Shown here piece by piece: positions 44,782-54,248 of a stretch of DNA of 64,000 nucleotides. Source of the DNA: Candidatus Omnitrophota bacterium (GTDB taxonomy: Bacteria > Omnitrophota > Gorgyraeia > Zapsychrales > Fredricksoniimonadaceae); the NCBI GenBank assembly GCA_963828495.1, contig CAWHFJ010000009.1:106338-170337 (forward strand). The letters run 5' to 3'. The position numbers and the translations under genes were made by a program. How positions within the stretch are numbered: position 1 is the stretch's first letter; each line of letters starts with the position of its first letter. The notes beneath the pieces were generated by a model. It did not search any database. It had not been told where the DNA came from and saw only the letters and a program-made list of their open reading frames with translations.

Positions 44782-46173
44782 TCACTTGCCTATGCAAAAT
44801 TGGGAAAAGATGCGGTCCAGCAAATCCTCGTCGATATTGCGCCCGGTAATGGCATCCAGTTGATTGACGGCCCCTTTAATGTCTTCGGCAATAAATTCCA
44901 GAGAAGTGTTTTCATCCATGAGACGGCAGGCGTCCTGCAGACCTTCGCGGGCACGCTCTAAAGCCTTGATGTGGCGGATATTGCTGATTAAAATGCCGTG
45001 CGTATCAAAATTCTTGTCCCTGCCGACGATTGCAACAATCTTACCCTCCAGCTCTCGGATAGATTCCGCCGCAAGGGCTGAAACTTCAATCACGTGCTGG
45101 TGGCCAAATATCTCTATGGGCCTTGATATGTCCAGCTGATGGCTTAAATCCATTTTATTGACCACCACCAAAACACAACGGCCTTTCAATTTTTCCATCA
45201 GCCGTGTGTCTGCCTCTTGGAGGGGAGAACTGTAATCCAAAACCAAAAGCACCACATCCGCGCTGTTGATATACAGATGACTGCGCTTGAGGGCTTCCTC
45301 TTCAATGATATCCCTGGGCACAAAAATACCGGCGGTATCCACCAATTGAATCGGAATGCCTTTCATTTGCACGGATTCCTCCAGCACATCCCGGGTGGTG
45401 CCGGCAATGTCTGTGACGATAGCACGCTGTTGTTTAAGCAAACCGTTGAGCAACGAGGATTTACCCACATTGGGGCGCCCGCACAGGACAATGCGTATCC
45501 CTTCTTTAAGAATACGGCCGCTCTTGGAAGATTCCAAAAGCCTAAGGACACGCTCTTGGGGCATACGGATGCGGGTTAATATTTGCCGGCGGCTTTGCGC
45601 CTCAATGCCATCCTCCGGAAAATTAATCAGGGCCTCTACCATGGTATAAAGCTCTAACAATTCTTCCCTGATGTTCTTGATCTCTTCCGACAACTCGCCT
45701 TTTAATTGATGGTTGGCTACGCGCAAAAAATTTTCAGTTTTAGCCCCCACCAGGTCCATCACCGCTTCTGCTTGGGATAAATCCAGGCGGCCATGAAGAA
45801 ACGCCCGCTTGGTAAATTCTCCCGGCTCAGCCAGACGCGCGCCGGCGCTCAAGACAACATCCAGAACAGCGCGCACAGAAGCCCTCCCCCCGTGACAACT
45901 GATCTCAACAACATCCTCGGTCGTATAACTTTTAGGCGATCGCATCAGCGTCACCAGGACCTCGTCAATCGTCTCGTTTTTCTTGAGGATGCGGCCATAA
46001 TGCACCGTATAACTTTTGCATTCTGCCAATTTCTTGCCTGACTCAAGCTCGACAATAGCATCGGCCACAGTAATCGCCTGTTGGCCGCTGATGCGCACAA
46101 TGCCGATGCCTCCCTGTCCCGCCGGAGTAGCAATGGCTGCAATCGTATCTTCCAAACCTTTGTACTGGTACAT
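44782..46173 (-). CDS. mnmE: tRNA modification GTPase MnmE
   Basis: G1 motif GRPNVGKSS and G3 motif DTAG. The C-terminal FCIGK is typical of MnmE. Confidence 0.95.
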   Translation of the reverse strand: MYQYKGLEDTIAAIATPAGQGGIGIVRISGQQAITVADAIVELESGKKLAECKSYTVHYGRILKKNETIDEVLVTLMRSPKSYTTEDVVEISCHGGRASVRAVLDVVLSAGARLAEPGEFTKRAFLHGRLDLSQAEAVMDLVGAKTENFLRVANHQLKGELSEEIKNIREELLELYTMVEALINFPEDGIEAQSRRQILTRIRMPQERVLRLLESSKSGRILKEGIRIVLCGRPNVGKSSLLNGLLKQQRAIVTDIAGTTRDVLEESVQMKGIPIQLVDTAGIFVPRDIIEEEALKRSHLYINSADVVLLVLDYSSPLQEADTRLMEKLKGRCVLVVVNKMDLSHQLDISRPIEIFGHQHVIEVSALAAESIRELEGKIVAIVGRDKNFDTHGILISNIRHIKALERAREGLQDACRLMDENTSLEFIAEDIKGAVNQLDAITGRNIDEDLLDRIFSQFCIGK

Positions 46174-46199
46174 AACGCTCCAATTCCCCTAATTCCCAA

Positions 46200-46370
46200 C
46201 GGGGCCTGTCTCGGCTTCGATGTTAAGGTGCTCCTGATTGAAATGCGTACGTCACAGCCTTAGCTCTTGGTGGTTTACCTCAACCAGCCCTCGGGGCCGT
46301 CACCGTCCGCCCCATATTCCCTATTGCTTGCTCGGCAACTCTAACTTCAATGTCCGAGCCCACCCGCCGC
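46200..46370 (+). repeat. family E palindromic repeat, copy 2
   Basis: The core at 46224..46310 is about 85-90 percent identical to 5857..5943 by eye. The 5' arm is homologous to copy 1. The 3' arm is interrupted by ~34 extra nt. Confidence 0.7.
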
Positions 46371-46405
46371 AATTCTTAGAGAATTAAGTGTGTGTCACGT
46401 TAATT

Positions 46406-46466
46406 AAAAACGAACAGTCGCTTCAAAGAACAAATTTATCCCTTACAATGAACGTATGCGTCTAGA
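46406..46466 (+). repeat. family D right-arm fragment, copy 3
   Basis: AAAAACGAACAGTCGCTTCAAAGAACAAATTTATCCCTTACAATG..GCGTCTAGA matches 26903..26955. Confidence 0.6.
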
Positions 46467-46493
46467 GCTGAAAAGCTATTATCATAATAATTT

Positions 46494-47791
46494 TCAGCTC
46501 GAGGTCGTGCCTGCTATAGCCAAACAATCTATCGCCTCTGCCACTAGGAAAATGGAACCCGTCACCAAAACTACATCCTGAGCGCCTGCCATCTGCATCG
46601 CCTTCTGTAAAGCTTTCGGCAAAGACGCTACGATTTCAACGGGTTGTCCGCCAAAATAACTCTGCGCCTCCGCGGGCGTAAATACATGGGCCCGTGGGTG
46701 TTTGGCCTGAGTCAAAAAAATATGCGCCACGCTGTTTTTTAAATGCGCGCTCATGGCCCGCGCATCTTTGTCTTCAGACACCCCCATCACCAGGAGTACC
46801 CGTCGGTCAGGATACTCCTCGACAAGGGTCTGGGCCAACGCTTGGGCCGAAGCTGCATTATGCGCGCAATCGACAACCACATCCGGGCGCGCCCTCAACA
46901 ATTCAAAACGGCCGGGCCAGCGGACATTTTTGAGCCCTTCCACCAACGCCTCATCACTGATTTTAAACCCTGTATCTTTTAATACCGCCGCAACTTCCAA
47001 GGCCACAGCCGCATTCACTACTTGGTGCTTCCCCTTCAAGGCTATTTTTAAATCTTTGTATTTATCCGGATGCACTAGTATCGGCTCAATGGCAAATGCA
47101 CGGCAACGCGCACGCACAATATCCATGACCTCTTTATCTTGGGGCGCCACCACGACTTTCTGACGGGCGTTCTTAATTATCCCCGCTTTTTCCGTCGCTA
47201 TTTGGCTTAACTGTGTGCCTAAAATCCGGGTATGGTCAAAGCTCACCGGCGTAAGGGCCGCTACCAAAGAATCCACGGCATTGGTCGCATCCAGCCGTCC
47301 GCCCAAACCTGTTTCCAAAATAATCACATCCACATGCCTTTGAGCAAAGTAGCACAACGCCGCTACTGTTAACACTTCGAAAAAGGTAAGGACCTCCCCC
47401 CTATTTTGAATAGCCGCGGCAAAAGGACGCAAATCCGTCAGTACCGCAGCCAAGTCCTCGTCGCTGATAGAACCTGAAAAATACTCTTTAGAGCGGAGGT
47501 TGGCCTTATTCAAAATACGGACACGCTCATTGACCCTGTGCAAATGAGGCGACGTATACAGTCCGACGGTGTAGCCGGCCTCCTGCAAAATGCCGGCCAA
47601 GAAAGCACAGGTCGACCCTTTGCCCTTGGTCCCTGCCACATGAATAATGCGTAAATCCCGGAAGGGTTACCCACCAAATCCAAAAATTTATGAATACGGG
47701 CTAAATTAAAATCTTCGCCGCGCAGTGTATGAAGTTGGGACTCAAAATTGACAAAGGAATTAAGGTATGCGTGCGGATTAAACGCAGTCAT
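46494..47791 (-). pseudogene. folC: folylpolyglutamate synthase/dihydrofolate synthase FolC, split by one frameshift (ORFs 47510..47791 and 46494..47639)
   Basis: The C-terminal fragment has the P-loop HVAGTKGKGST once read from the shifted frame (RDLRIIHVAGTKGKGS). The N-terminal fragment ends ..FLDLVGNP and then goes out of frame. Confidence 0.88.
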
Positions 47792-49350
47792 TAGTGTTTA
47801 AAGTGCCTGATGCCGGTCATCACCATGGCTATCTTTTTCTTATCGGCTTCTTTAATCACGGCGGCATCCATGATGGAACCGCCGGTCTGCACAATGGCTT
47901 TGATACCGGCCCGGGCAGCAATGGTGACAGTGTCGGGCTTGGGCAAAAACGCATCTGATGCTAAAATACTGCCGCGGGCCGCACGAGATGCCCGACGGAT
48001 AGCATGAATCGCGGCATCCACCCTGCTGGTTTGACCGCATCCAATCCCTACCGTCTGTGTGCCACGGACCAAGACAATGGCATTGCTTTTAACATGCTTA
48101 ACCACTTTCCAGCCAAACTGCATGGCCGCCAGCTGTGCTCGGGTAGGCTTGATTTTAGTGACGACTTTTAACTCTTCCGGTTTTAGCTGGCGATTGTCTT
48201 TATCCTGCAGCAGGAGCCCGCCGGATACTTTCTTAAAATCAAAAGGCTCGGCTTTGAAGTTGGCAATATCCAACACGATTAGCCGTAAGTTCTTTTTAGC
48301 CGATAAAATACCCTGCGCTTGTGCCGTAAATTCAGGAGCGATGATGCATTCCATAAAACCGCTTTTGATAATAGCCGTGGCTGTTTTGCCATCTACACAG
48401 CGGTTAAAACCAATAATACCGCCGAAGGCTGAAAGCGGATCGCATTTAAAGGCCTTGCTATACGCACGATCAATACTTTTGTCAGAAGCGATCCCGCACG
48501 GGTTGTTATGCTTGACAATGACAGCCGTGGGCAAATCAAATTCATGAATCAATTCAACCGCCGCGTTCAAATCAAGGATATTATTAAAAGACAATTCTTT
48601 GCCTTGTAATTGTCGAAGTCCTGCCAATCCTTGATGCCCGGCACTGTCCCTGTAAAAAGCCGCCGCCTGATGCGGATTTTCACCATAACGCAAATCTTGG
48701 GATTTGCTGAAAGCCAACGTCAAATCTTTAGGAAAAGAAGAAAAAGAGTTATCGCCCTTGAAGCGGTTATTTAAGAAATCATAAATGGCCCCGTCGTAGC
48801 GACAGGTGCGCTCAAAGGCTTCCATACTCAAACTCGTCAACACCTTGTCCGACAAAATACCGCCGTTATTATTCAGCTCGCTTAAGATTTCGTTATACCG
48901 CTTAGGGTTGCAGACGACCGCGACACTTTTATAATTTTTGGCCGCGGAACGCAGCATGGAAGGCCCGCCGATATCGATATTTTCAATAGCCTCTTGCAGA
49001 GATATGTCCTTCTTGCGGATGGTTTGCTCGAAAGGATAAAGATTGACCACCACCATATCAATGAGCCCTATCCCGTGGGCGGCTATTTGTTTTAAATGTT
49101 CGGGGTTTTCACGCAAGGCCAGAAGGCCGCCGTGAATCTTAGGATGCAGGGTCTTGACGCGCCCGTCAAGCATTTCCGGGAAACCGGTATACTCAGAAAC
49201 TTCCTTGACCGCAAGGTTGGCCGAACGCAACAGCGCCGCTGTCCCGCCGGTGGAGATGATCTCGATGGCCATCTTCTGCAGACCACGGGCAAAATCCACC
49301 AAGCCGGTTTTATCGGAAACGGAAATTAAAGCGCGTTTAACTTTAATCAA
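47791..49350 (-). CDS. purH: bifunctional AICAR transformylase / IMP cyclohydrolase
   Basis: MGS-like N-terminus RALISVSDKTGLV..STGGTA and an AICARFT domain. Length 519 aa. Confidence 0.96.
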   Translation of the reverse strand: MIKVKRALISVSDKTGLVDFARGLQKMAIEIISTGGTAALLRSANLAVKEVSEYTGFPEMLDGRVKTLHPKIHGGLLALRENPEHLKQIAAHGIGLIDMVVVNLYPFEQTIRKKDISLQEAIENIDIGGPSMLRSAAKNYKSVAVVCNPKRYNEILSELNNNGGILSDKVLTSLSMEAFERTCRYDGAIYDFLNNRFKGDNSFSSFPKDLTLAFSKSQDLRYGENPHQAAAFYRDSAGHQGLAGLRQLQGKELSFNNILDLNAAVELIHEFDLPTAVIVKHNNPCGIASDKSIDRAYSKAFKCDPLSAFGGIIGFNRCVDGKTATAIIKSGFMECIIAPEFTAQAQGILSAKKNLRLIVLDIANFKAEPFDFKKVSGGLLLQDKDNRQLKPEELKVVTKIKPTRAQLAAMQFGWKVVKHVKSNAIVLVRGTQTVGIGCGQTSRVDAAIHAIRRASRAARGSILASDAFLPKPDTVTIAARAGIKAIVQTGGSIMDAAVIKEADKKKIAMVMTGIRHFKH

Positions 49351-49354
49351 CGGA

Positions 49355-49510
49355 TTATCTCTTGCCTTTTTTACGTTTACGTTCGGAAGGCTTACAATAA
49401 AAGCGGCGTTCTTTGAGCTCGACTAAAAAACCGTCTTTTTGGCATTGCTTCTTAAATAAGCGCATCGCTTTTTCAAAACTGTTCTTGTCATTGACTTTAA
49501 CTTCTAACAT
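49355..49510 (-). CDS. rpsU: 30S ribosomal protein S21 (51 aa)
   Basis: Hand translation gives MLEVKVNDKNSFEKAMRLFKKQCQKDGFLVELKERRFYCKPSERKRKKGKR. This matches the S21 pattern (..ALRRFKR.C.K.G...E.RRR.FYEKPSE.R). An AAGGAG RBS lies upstream. It is below the ORF-track size cutoff. Confidence 0.85.
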   Translation of the reverse strand: MLEVKVNDKNSFEKAMRLFKKQCQKDGFLVELKERRFYCKPSERKRKKGKR

Positions 49511-49558
49511 GACGCATCACGGCTCCTTAATGGGTTTAATTGAGTTTGGGAAGGTTGT

Positions 49559-49587
49559 ATTATAAATACCTGTGGGGCTTATGTCAA
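49559..49587 (-). promoter_or_regulatory. perfect-consensus sigma70 promoter upstream of rpsU
   Basis: On the minus strand TTGACA (49587..49582), a 17-nt spacer, then TATAAT (49564..49559). Confidence 0.7.
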
Positions 49588-49592
49588 CCAAT

Positions 49593-50777
49593 TCAATACG
49601 TGGGATCGACGTAGGTGTATCGTTCTCCTGCGAAATTGCGCAACGTATACCGACCGCCCTTTTTAGAAACTATATAGTCAGGACTAATAGGGATCTTCCC
49701 GCCGCCGCCGGGACAGTCGATCACATAGGTCGGCACCGCATAACCGGTGGTGTACCCGCGCAAATTCTGGAGGATATTAATGCCGCACTCAACCGTCGTG
49801 CGAAAATGCCTGGAGCCGACGATCGGATCGCACTGGTAAATGTAATACGGCCGCACGCGAATTTTCAGCAGCTCGTGAAAAAGTTTTTTCATGACTGCCG
49901 GAGAGTCGTTGATCCCGCGCAGCAACACCGTTTGACTGCCCATCGGTATGCCGGCATCGGCAATCATGTTACAGGCGTATTTAACACGGGGGGTTATTTC
50001 TTTGGGATGGCTAAAATGAACACTCATCCACAGCGGTGAATATTTTTTAAACATCGCAACGAGCTCAGGAGTGATCCGCTGGGGTAACGTCGCAGGGGTA
50101 CGCGTACCGATACGTACAAATTCCACATGAGGAATTGCCTTGACCCTGGAGATCAGATATTCCAGCATGCGGTCCCCTAAAGTCAAAGGATCACCGCCGG
50201 AAATCAACACATCACGGATTTCTTTATGTTCACGGATATACTTGAGCGCTGCATCATAGGTGGCGGTGTTGAGCGTATGGTTGCCGTCACCGACCATGCG
50301 CGAACGCGTGCAATAACGGCAGTACATGGCGCACATTTCATTGACTAAAAAAAGCACCCTGTCCGGATAACGGTGCACCAGCCCATGTACGACGGAATTT
50401 TTGTCTTCCCCGCAAGGGTCAAGCATTTCTTCGGGACTCGTTTCAAACTCATCCTCCAGCGGCACTGACTGCAGGCGAATGGGGCATGCGGGATCATTAG
50501 GATCAATCAAAGAAGCAAAATAAGGCGGAATGGACATGGTCAATTTGTCCCCCATGCCTTTAATCCCGCGCACTTCACGTTCGGTCAATGTCATCAGCCT
50601 GGAGATTTGATCCAACGTGCGCAGGCGGTTTCTCATCTGCCAGCGCCAGTCTTCCCAATCAGCTAAGGTAGCCCCGGGGAAAAGCCGCATCACGCGCTTT
50701 TCTTGGGGTGACAACGGTATATGAGGAGTCCCTGATGAAACTGTATCTTCTTGGGCCAGAGCGGTATCAGAGATCAT
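49593..50777 (-). CDS. kamA: KamA-family radical SAM lysine 2,3-aminomutase
   Basis: Radical SAM cluster CAMYCRYCTRS. The KamA-type N-terminal W..W.WQ motif and C-terminal region are present. Confidence 0.85.
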   Translation of the reverse strand: MISDTALAQEDTVSSGTPHIPLSPQEKRVMRLFPGATLADWEDWRWQMRNRLRTLDQISRLMTLTEREVRGIKGMGDKLTMSIPPYFASLIDPNDPACPIRLQSVPLEDEFETSPEEMLDPCGEDKNSVVHGLVHRYPDRVLFLVNEMCAMYCRYCTRSRMVGDGNHTLNTATYDAALKYIREHKEIRDVLISGGDPLTLGDRMLEYLISRVKAIPHVEFVRIGTRTPATLPQRITPELVAMFKKYSPLWMSVHFSHPKEITPRVKYACNMIADAGIPMGSQTVLLRGINDSPAVMKKLFHELLKIRVRPYYIYQCDPIVGSRHFRTTVECGINILQNLRGYTTGYAVPTYVIDCPGGGGKIPISPDYIVSKKGGRYTLRNFAGERYTYVDPTY

Positions 50778-51790
50778 TTCTTGTAAACCTCGTCTCCAAG
50801 CCCCACACGTATCAGGGCTTCATCCACTATTTTGTTAATGATCTGATTATACGACATGCCTTTGACTTTAGCAAAAAGTACAAACACATCGTCCGGGCTT
50901 AGACTCGGCAGAGGATTGATTTCCAACACATACGGCTTGCCCGCTTCATCCACACGAAAATCCACCCGCCCGAAATCACGGCAATCCACTGAATTGTAAA
51001 CTCTCAGCGCTAAGTCCTGTAGACGGCGTGCTAATTTCCCGTCAATGGGTGCCGGACAAATATATTCCACCGACTTTTCAACCACGTGGCGATAGGAATA
51101 AAATTCATTGCCTAAGAGAGTCTTCCCGCCAATGGCGTATTGGACAACCGGCATGGGCTCAGGCGGATTATTGCCGATAACACCTACCGTAAACTCGGTG
51201 CCTTTAATAAACTCCTCGACCAAAGCCGGCTGTTTATAATTCTGATAGATGTGGTCCACCTGGGTTTTGAGCTGCTCAAAATTCTTCACCATTGAATTTT
51301 GCGTAATCCCCTTGGACGTGCCCTCATGCAGGGTCTTAACGAATAAAGGGAAACCGATGGTATTCAATTCAAACAGATCATCCGCGCCGGTGGCTTTAAA
51401 ATAACGGGGTGTCGGAATCCCGTCAGCGATAAAACACTTTTTGGCCATCACTTTATCCAAGGTGACCCCCAAAGTCAGCGCATCAGCACCGACAAAAGGG
51501 ATATTGTACAAATCCAAAATGGCCGGCACCTGAGACTCGCGGTTGCGGCCTCTAAAGCCTTCGGAAATATTTAAAACAAGGTCCACCTTCAAATCATCGC
51601 TCGTCACGCGACGAATCAGCTGGCGCGCCCCGCCTATCAGCACGACCTTGTGTCCCGCTGATTCCAAAGCCACTTTAAGGCATTCCACTGTTTTATGCCC
51701 GTCGAGCTCAGCGGCCGCATCAATGGGGTCATCCGGCGTTTTCTGCCAATCGCTTTTTAAATCGTAGGTAAGCCCTATTATTTTACTCAT
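50774..51790 (-). CDS. ATP-grasp ligase of the D-alanine--D-alanine ligase family
   Basis: ATP-grasp core (FPLFVKTLHEGTSKGI, VEEFIKGTEF, GRVDFRVDEAGKPYVLEINPLP). A 4-nt overlap joins it to kamA. Confidence 0.8.
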   Translation of the reverse strand: MSKIIGLTYDLKSDWQKTPDDPIDAAAELDGHKTVECLKVALESAGHKVVLIGGARQLIRRVTSDDLKVDLVLNISEGFRGRNRESQVPAILDLYNIPFVGADALTLGVTLDKVMAKKCFIADGIPTPRYFKATGADDLFELNTIGFPLFVKTLHEGTSKGITQNSMVKNFEQLKTQVDHIYQNYKQPALVEEFIKGTEFTVGVIGNNPPEPMPVVQYAIGGKTLLGNEFYSYRHVVEKSVEYICPAPIDGKLARRLQDLALRVYNSVDCRDFGRVDFRVDEAGKPYVLEINPLPSLSPDDVFVLFAKVKGMSYNQIINKIVDEALIRVGLGDEVYKK

Positions 51791-51835
51791 ATCATGTTCA
51801 ATTTATCAAAAATACGCCGAAATGCTATAAAAATC

Positions 51836-52504
51836 TTAACGACTTATACCAACGTTCACCCGTTGACAAATCCCCTTGACAGGACAGACGGAACACTTAG
51901 GTGAAATAGGTTTGCACACATTCTGCCCCCACATGACTAATAAAGCATTATACGCGATCCAATAGTGCGTAGGCAGTTTCTTTCTTAACGCAAATTCCGT
52001 CTCTGCAGGCGTCCGGGTTTTGATATACCCCAGACGATTCGAGATGCGGTGCACATGGGTATCCACGCATATGCCTAATTGACCAAACCCTTCGGTCAAA
52101 ACCAGGTTCGCGGTTTTGCGTCCGACCCCTTTGAGCGTCAACAGTGCATCTAAATCTGGGGGCACCTCGCCTTTGAAGCGTATCAATAAATCGTCGCAAA
52201 TCTCATGAATGCGCACAGCCTTGGTTTTATAGAACCCCACAGGATAAATCAACTTTTCAATCTCCGCAACAGGAATCTTAAGCATCCCTTGGATCGTATC
52301 GGCCCTGGCAAAGAGACGTTCGCTCGCGGGCAAGGTGGTTTCATCACGGGTGCGCAGGCTCAATAGACAAGAAATAAGGACCAAAAACGGACTTTTAAAT
52401 TTCTTGCCGACCAAGGTCACTGAAGGATCAGGCCAATCGCGCATGGCGAGGTTAAGGCGTTTGATCACTTGGGCGATTTGTTTATTGTCTAAAAGTTTAG
52501 TCAC
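51836..52504 (-). CDS. nth: endonuclease III (DNA glycosylase/AP lyase)
   Basis: HhH-GPD motif LKGVGRKTANLVL and an FeS cluster C-x6-C-x2-C-x5-C at the C-terminus. Start moved to GTG 52504, because the longer ORF-track N-terminus reads through repeat A3. Confidence 0.88.
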   Translation of the reverse strand: MTKLLDNKQIAQVIKRLNLAMRDWPDPSVTLVGKKFKSPFLVLISCLLSLRTRDETTLPASERLFARADTIQGMLKIPVAEIEKLIYPVGFYKTKAVRIHEICDDLLIRFKGEVPPDLDALLTLKGVGRKTANLVLTEGFGQLGICVDTHVHRISNRLGYIKTRTPAETEFALRKKLPTHYWIAYNALLVMWGQNVCKPISPKCSVCPVKGICQRVNVGISR

Positions 52505-52555
52505 CTTTGTCTTCCCTTCGCAAGCACGCCCATCGAGATGAAAGCTATTGCCTGT

Positions 52556-52717
52556 GTCTATTCGGCCATTGTATTTCCTTCTCAGGCACGCTCGCCTCGT
52601 CCAGCGACTCGGCTTCGCTAGTCTCCAGGCTGATTTGCCACCGTCATCTAGGCGAAGGTGGACCATGCCAAATCAGCCTTCTACTACCTTCGAAGAAAAC
52701 ACAATGGCCGAATAGAC
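52556..52717 (-). repeat. family A terminal-inverted-repeat element, copy 3 (full length, inverted orientation)
   Basis: GTCTATTCGGCCATTGT (52556..52572) and ACAATGGCCGAATAGAC (52701..52717) form a perfect 17-bp TIR. The interior is the reverse complement of copy 2 with a few substitutions. Confidence 0.75.
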
Positions 52718-52756
52718 AGACACATTAATGTGCCTCACACATAATAGCTTTTCATT

Positions 52757-53005
52757 TCTAGACGCGTGCATCATTGTAAGTGATAAATTTGTTCTTTTTG
52801 CGACTGTAGTTTTTAGCCAAAAAACTTATGCTGGTGAGGGTATTTAAGACTTCAGTCTTAAATGGTCAAACTTGTTTGAGCCTTACAGTTCTAGAGAGCT
52901 TTAAGGCGAGTTGTTTGACCACCGAACCAGCATAAGAATTTTTGGCGTTAAAAAAACGATTCCAGGAGCAAAAAGAATAAATTTATCACTTACAATGCGT
53001 GCGTG
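52757..53005 (-). repeat. family D long imperfect palindrome, copy 2 (inverted orientation, ~40-nt internal insertion)
   Basis: Starts TCTAGACGCGTGC and ends ..TACAATGCGTGCGTG. Tip hairpin TTTAAGAC-TTCA-GTCTTAAA. It abuts the era stop codon. Confidence 0.7.
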
Positions 53006-53006
53006 T

Positions 53007-53930
53007 TTAAAGATCGCTAAAGATGTAGCCCATGTCCTCGAGCATGCCGTAATCCTCTCTCCAACGCGAAGAGGTCTTCACAAATAGCTCAAGGAACACC
53101 TTGCTGTCCACTAACTCTTCCAAGTCCTTACGGGCTTCGCTGCCCACCTGCTTTAAAATAGCCCCGGATTTGCCGATGACAATTTCCTTCTGGGATTCGC
53201 GCTCGACGAGAATCACGGCCCTGATATGCAGAATTTTGCCGCGTTGAGGCCGCACACTTTCAATAATAACGGCAATCGAATGCGGCACTTCTTCACGCAT
53301 CAGGTTAAACAATTTCTCCCGGATCAAATCCGCCATGGCCATGCGTTTAGGCAAATCCGTAATCGCATCCTCAGGATATAACAACGGCCCCTGCGGCATT
53401 TGCTCAAATAAAAGGTCAAGCAGCTTTTTGACATTAGTCCCTTTAAGCGCGGACAGTGGCAATAGAATCAAGTCCCTCATCTCTTGTATAGGGACCCCGC
53501 GCGTCTGTTCCCAAAGTTGAATATATTCCGGCACAAACTTGCCCTTGGTGATGTCAATCTTGTTCAACGCCACAATAATGGGCTTGCCGCATTTATTCAA
53601 ACGTCCCATCACATGTTGTTCTTCCGCTCCGGTTTTCTCACTGGCATCCACCATATGAATAACGGCATCGACGGAGTCGATGGGGCCCATGGACGCACGG
53701 TTCATATACTTATCAAGGGCGTCACGGCCTGTGTGTATGCCCGGCGTATCGATAAAAATGATCTGCCCCCGCTCGTCGGTATAAATCCCTCTGATCTGCT
53801 GGCGCGTGGTTTGCGGCACATTGGAAACAATGGACACTTTTTCACCCAGAATAGCATTCAGCAAAGTGGACTTCCCCACATTGGGCCGGCCTACGATGGC
53901 CACCATCCCGCATTTTTGTTTTTTATCCAT
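53007..53930 (-). CDS. era: GTPase Era
   Basis: G1 motif GRPNVGKST, G3 motif DTPG, G4 motif NKID, and a C-terminal KH domain. Confidence 0.95.
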   Translation of the reverse strand: MDKKQKCGMVAIVGRPNVGKSTLLNAILGEKVSIVSNVPQTTRQQIRGIYTDERGQIIFIDTPGIHTGRDALDKYMNRASMGPIDSVDAVIHMVDASEKTGAEEQHVMGRLNKCGKPIIVALNKIDITKGKFVPEYIQLWEQTRGVPIQEMRDLILLPLSALKGTNVKKLLDLLFEQMPQGPLLYPEDAITDLPKRMAMADLIREKLFNLMREEVPHSIAVIIESVRPQRGKILHIRAVILVERESQKEIVIGKSGAILKQVGSEARKDLEELVDSKVFLELFVKTSSRWREDYGMLEDMGYIFSDL

Positions 53931-53931
53931 A

Positions 53932-54195
53932 TTATTTGCGATACTTCAAAACAGCGACAACGACCCCGGTAAATAAAACCAAATTCACTATGTTAAAACA
54001 CCGCCAGACCATGTCCTTGGAGATAAAACCTGCCGGGGCCATCAAAATTGAGCATACCCAGACACCCCATAACCAGCTCATGGATATGTCCTGTGCTGAT
54101 CGGCGCCGGACAATTTTAACAATCAAAGGAATATTCCACAAAGGCATCATAATCGACGCCACCAGACCAATGCGTTCTATCATAAGCATAGACAT
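53932..54195 (-). CDS. small three-TM membrane protein, possibly PQ-loop/SemiSWEET-like
   Basis: 87 aa with three hydrophobic segments. Tightly packed between pfkB and era. Family call is weak. Confidence 0.45.
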   Translation of the reverse strand: MSMLMIERIGLVASIMMPLWNIPLIVKIVRRRSAQDISMSWLWGVWVCSILMAPAGFISKDMVWRCFNIVNLVLFTGVVVAVLKYRK

Positions 54196-54248
54196 CCTTT
54201 ATGTTATTGTAAAACTACGATCCCAACAGCTGTTGACATCGTGAGGGC

